Source: Ascidiella aspersa
Lineage: Eukaryota
DNA length: 64,000 nucleotides
Direction: 5' to 3'
NCBI GenBank assembly: GCA_963924565.1
Contig: OZ004612.1
Span: 8,742,001 to 8,806,000, forward strand
Shown: piece by piece, positions 60,513 through 64,000 of the stretch
Numbering within the stretch: position 1 is the stretch's first letter
How the letters are laid out: every line of letters begins with the position of its first letter
Program-made: the position numbers and the translations under genes
Notes under the pieces: model-generated
Told to the model about the DNA's origin: nothing
The model's input: only the letters and a program-made list of their open reading frames with translations
Databases searched by the model: none

Positions 60513-62599
60513 TTAAACCGTTTTGCTGTTTTCTCTGTTCGCCATCCAAGTGGGCTTTTCGTAACCGAACAGGTCGAAGTCGATCTCGAACTTTCGAAAG
60601 AGTTTTTCTACCATCGACGATGGTAGGCTTTCGTAGAAAGTCTGCGTGAGGTCGCTGTTGGTCTTGAACGTTCTGTGCGGAAAGAAGGCTTGGGTGTGCT
60701 CCTCGGTTAAGTTGATTTTTCGCTCAAGGAAGTTGGCATCTTCCGCCAAGGTCTCAAACTTCATCATAAAGTCGTATTTGACGTTACAAGGGTTGCATTT
60801 CTGGTCAAAGCCCATCCAATGTGCATCTGGTGTTTTGTCGATGAGAACAAAGTTGATGAAGTCTTCGAAAGTCGCCAGGCCGTCATCGGTTCGATTCCTG
60901 TCCAGGGGATTCGTCCTGAGATGCTTGACCTTCTTGTTAATCTTTTTCGACATTGGAGCGTATTTGTAATTGAAGCCCTTGCCTTCTGGACGCATTTTAT
61001 TGTTGTAGGCTGATACAAGTCGGTTGAACGGGTTCCGAACAGTTATTATCTAAAATTGAGTCAGAGCTAATAAGAGCTGTACTCCCCCTTATTTCTAGGG
61101 AACGTTTTCTAGAGAAAGTTTTTGAGAAAGCAAACTACCCAATTGTTATCATTGTTGTCAAGAACTTGATTGAAGTGAATAAACGGAAATTTATTTTCAA
61201 AAGTAACTGGCCAGTGGTTATTTATGTCAACGTCATCGGCAAATCTAAACGAAGTCTCTGTCAATGTTTGTCAAAATAGGAAGTTTGTTAGACTTGTAAC
61301 GCAACCAGCACTAGTAATTTTACTTATTTTAATTATTTAATTGATGTGTTCTATCAGACAATCATAATTAATTGCTGCAGTTTTCTCGCAACAACGAGTT
61401 GGAATTAATATTTAATTAGCAAATACAATTTGTAATCATTTTATTACCTTGTGTAAAAACCCTATTGATTCCAAATAATACTTCAGATAGAAAACACTAA
61501 CACGAAACAACGGCAAGGTAACTTGTTTTACTTGTACAGAAGAGGAAAATTTACCGAAATAAGGTTTAAATAAAACGTTTGAGTATAAGTCATCAGAAGT
61601 TTAGCTGGCTTAAAACGAAGTAATTTTGCATCAAGGATTGTCGATTCGTTACTTTAAGCGCATTTCATTTAAGCGATTGAAGTAAGTCATTATAATAATA
61701 TTTGTTTAAGTGTCGATCCGACAACTTTTTGACGTTAACGTTAATAATCAATTCGCATCGTTTTCTTCTACCTGGAATGTTTTACCAATTTCAATTACAT
61801 TTATTAACGACATCCATTTAAAAAAACGCCGAAATAGCCAGAGTTCAAAGACAAACCTTATACGGGACTGAGTCCCAGAGAGCTTGCATTTCTTGGCGAC
61901 TTCGCTTGGTGCCCATTCTCTGTATTCCGATCAGCTTGTTTGGTCGTTCGCCCTGTGCCTTGCCTTGCTTGTATTCTTCAAGCGTAAAGACCCCGTCCAT
62001 CACAAGGATCGCCTCCATCCAGCTGGTGTATCCGCATTTGAAAATGTCGCACACTGAAAACTGCAGAGCAACATAGAAAAACGTAAAATATATATAAGTC
62101 ACGTAGAAAACGTAAGATATATATATATATAAATATATATATATATCAAATGCGGTTTTCTTGTGCGGAGAAAAAATGATAAGGTGTCTGTCTGTCTGTC
62201 ACGTATATACCCACGTTGTAGCGCCTGGAGAACATGGATTTCGGGTCGGGGGTGTCGCTGTGCCACTTGTAGGCTGTCTTCCAGGCGGCGCACGCCTTCT
62301 TCAGTGTGTGAAGCCGCTCCCTTTGCAGCGCCTCGATTAAGTGTAAGTTGGACGACTCAATTTCTTGCAGGGAATCGTCGGGCTCAACCTGGATAGCTTG
62401 TATACTCGAACCCCGCCCCCCTGGGGTCACGCCGTTACCCCCCGCGCTGTCTGTTCGGCAAGGGGCCTGGCTTGGACAGGGCTTGGGCGCCGGGCAGGTC
62501 TGTTTGGCCGGAACAGTTGGCGTCGGGGGGCATATGGGGCAGGTTTTGGTGGCCAGCGTCGGACACGGAACGACTGGCGAAGGGTGAGGGGCTGTTGGC
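60513..62599 (-). CDS. Carbohydrate sulfotransferase (Sulfotransfer_2), gene 2, 5'-partial
   Basis: Exons 62599-62215, 62060-61857 and 61049-60513 are paralogous to exons 3-5 of gene 1 (KCGYTSW, VRNPFNRLVSAY). Intron 63200-64000 resembles 48820-49600, so exons 1-2 lie beyond the window. Confidence 0.9.
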
Positions 62600-64000
62600 C
62601 TGCAATCATCATGAACAATTATTAGTCTTCGCAATGTAAAACATCAAATCAAAACCGATAAAATATAACCGGCGCTAAATATAGCATCTGGAAACGATAT
62701 TAATACAGAGAACATGTGATACTTCACCGATACAGGTTTTTAGTTATGTCTGATAATTTAGTTGAACAATATGTTTTGCGGCCAAAAGAATTTTTTGCTG
62801 TCGTGGAAGTAAAGGAATCAAACTACCTAAACACTTTGCTATTTTATGCGTGTAACATCGTCTTTACACGTTCCAATTGTAAATATTTTCATAATTAGCA
62901 TTAATGATGAACAACACCCTCGTATCAGATACCGGTATGCGTTTTGCGATTTTTGTTTCGCTTTGCAGCATATTTTATATTTAACTGAAAAATAGAATTT
63001 TGGAGGTTTTGCTCTTATTTTTTCGTATTTAATACTTATATTTTATGATTAAATAATATAAAACATATTCTCTCCGAATTTTCAACGGTTGGCAACATAA
63101 AGTAAATAAATAAATAATAAAGAAAAATTCAACAGGCACAGCAGGTTGCTTGAAACATAGGCATAATATGTAATGACAAGTCCACGTCAATGCATTGGCA
63201 ACAATAAATAGAATTGGTAAATGGAAGCTCTAAGTCAAATTATTTTGCCAAAAAGACCAAGTCAAGTCGGTTCTTTCAAAAGCAGTAATTCAAGCGACTT
63301 TAGTCCTTGCAAAAGTGCAAATTAAACGGACAACAAATAATAATACATAACATATATAAATTGAAACGTTTGAATGTTTTAGAATTTTTTTTAATAATAC
63401 CCCGTTAAGACACGATTAAAATTTTAAAAAGGTTAGCAAACACGAACATATACGTATTTGAGGACATATTGGTTGCAAAAACCAAAATGGGTGGGAGCAT
63501 GCCCATATGTACCGTGTGTATGCATTCCTAACTATGGAACAATGTTTGCTTAAACGATCTCGCAAATTTTCACGGCAAGTCAAACAATTTTTTTTGTACT
63601 TGCGTGCAGTTAATGCCAGGTTTTAAGAGCACAGCTCGAACACAACCTGCTGCTATTTACAAAGCGAGTAGCCTACACAATTCCCTGTAGGTCTGCTAGC
63701 AAGGGATAAGGTATGAATCTACATCGTAATCTGAACTACAAGTAATCATTTTCGGTGATAAACGATGGTTACCACCAACGAGCTAAGGTCAATTTTTATC
63801 CAAACGCTGACGCTAGACACTTGCGCAACTGTATCAACAATCAATTAAGCAAACGCTTCAACAAGGTTCTTGTTAGGTTAAATTCAAAAGAACCACGGAA
63901 CGCAAGATTCTCACACTTCTCGGCTCAATCAAATTTTTAATTTTTCAGTCTGTAAAAGTCACGTATTGGCCTGCTTTTTCAGTCAGAATCTCGGCCCAAA

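Overview
AT-rich, intron-containing animal genomic DNA with GT-AG spliceosomal introns and many hAT-type MITEs. The gene and repeat make-up suggests a marine invertebrate, possibly an ascidian (inference). I reconstructed these genes by hand-splicing: (1) the 3' 11 exons of an M28B NAALADase/GCPII-family peptidase (+, 176-8461); (2) a 4-exon PMP22/claudin-superfamily tetraspan (+, 11953-17981); (3,4) two near-identical tandem 10-exon gamma-butyrobetaine dioxygenase (BBOX)-like genes (+, 21709-26754 and 32109-36992); (5) a 1062-aa intronless CDS (-, 39135-42323) with a bacterial-type GlnD/GlnE/DUF294-like nucleotidyltransferase domain, TPR repeats and a C-terminal membrane tail anchor, plus three broken relics of the same family nearby; (6,7) two tandem Sulfotransfer_2 (CHST8-14-like) carbohydrate sulfotransferases (-, 45989-53665 and a partial copy at 60513-62599). 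Non-coding content includes two Penelope-like retroelement 3' fragments that each carry a hammerhead ribozyme, several hAT MITEs with 8-bp TSDs (one nested, with an empty site in the paralog), a tRNA-derived repeat found in partial tandem units, and several local duplications. The most notable items are the NTase-TPR-tail-anchor family with birth-and-death relics, BBOX paralogs that differ at aromatic-cage residues, and a Penelope inversion that starts at the ribozyme cleavage site. All alignments were done by eye and no database searches were run.
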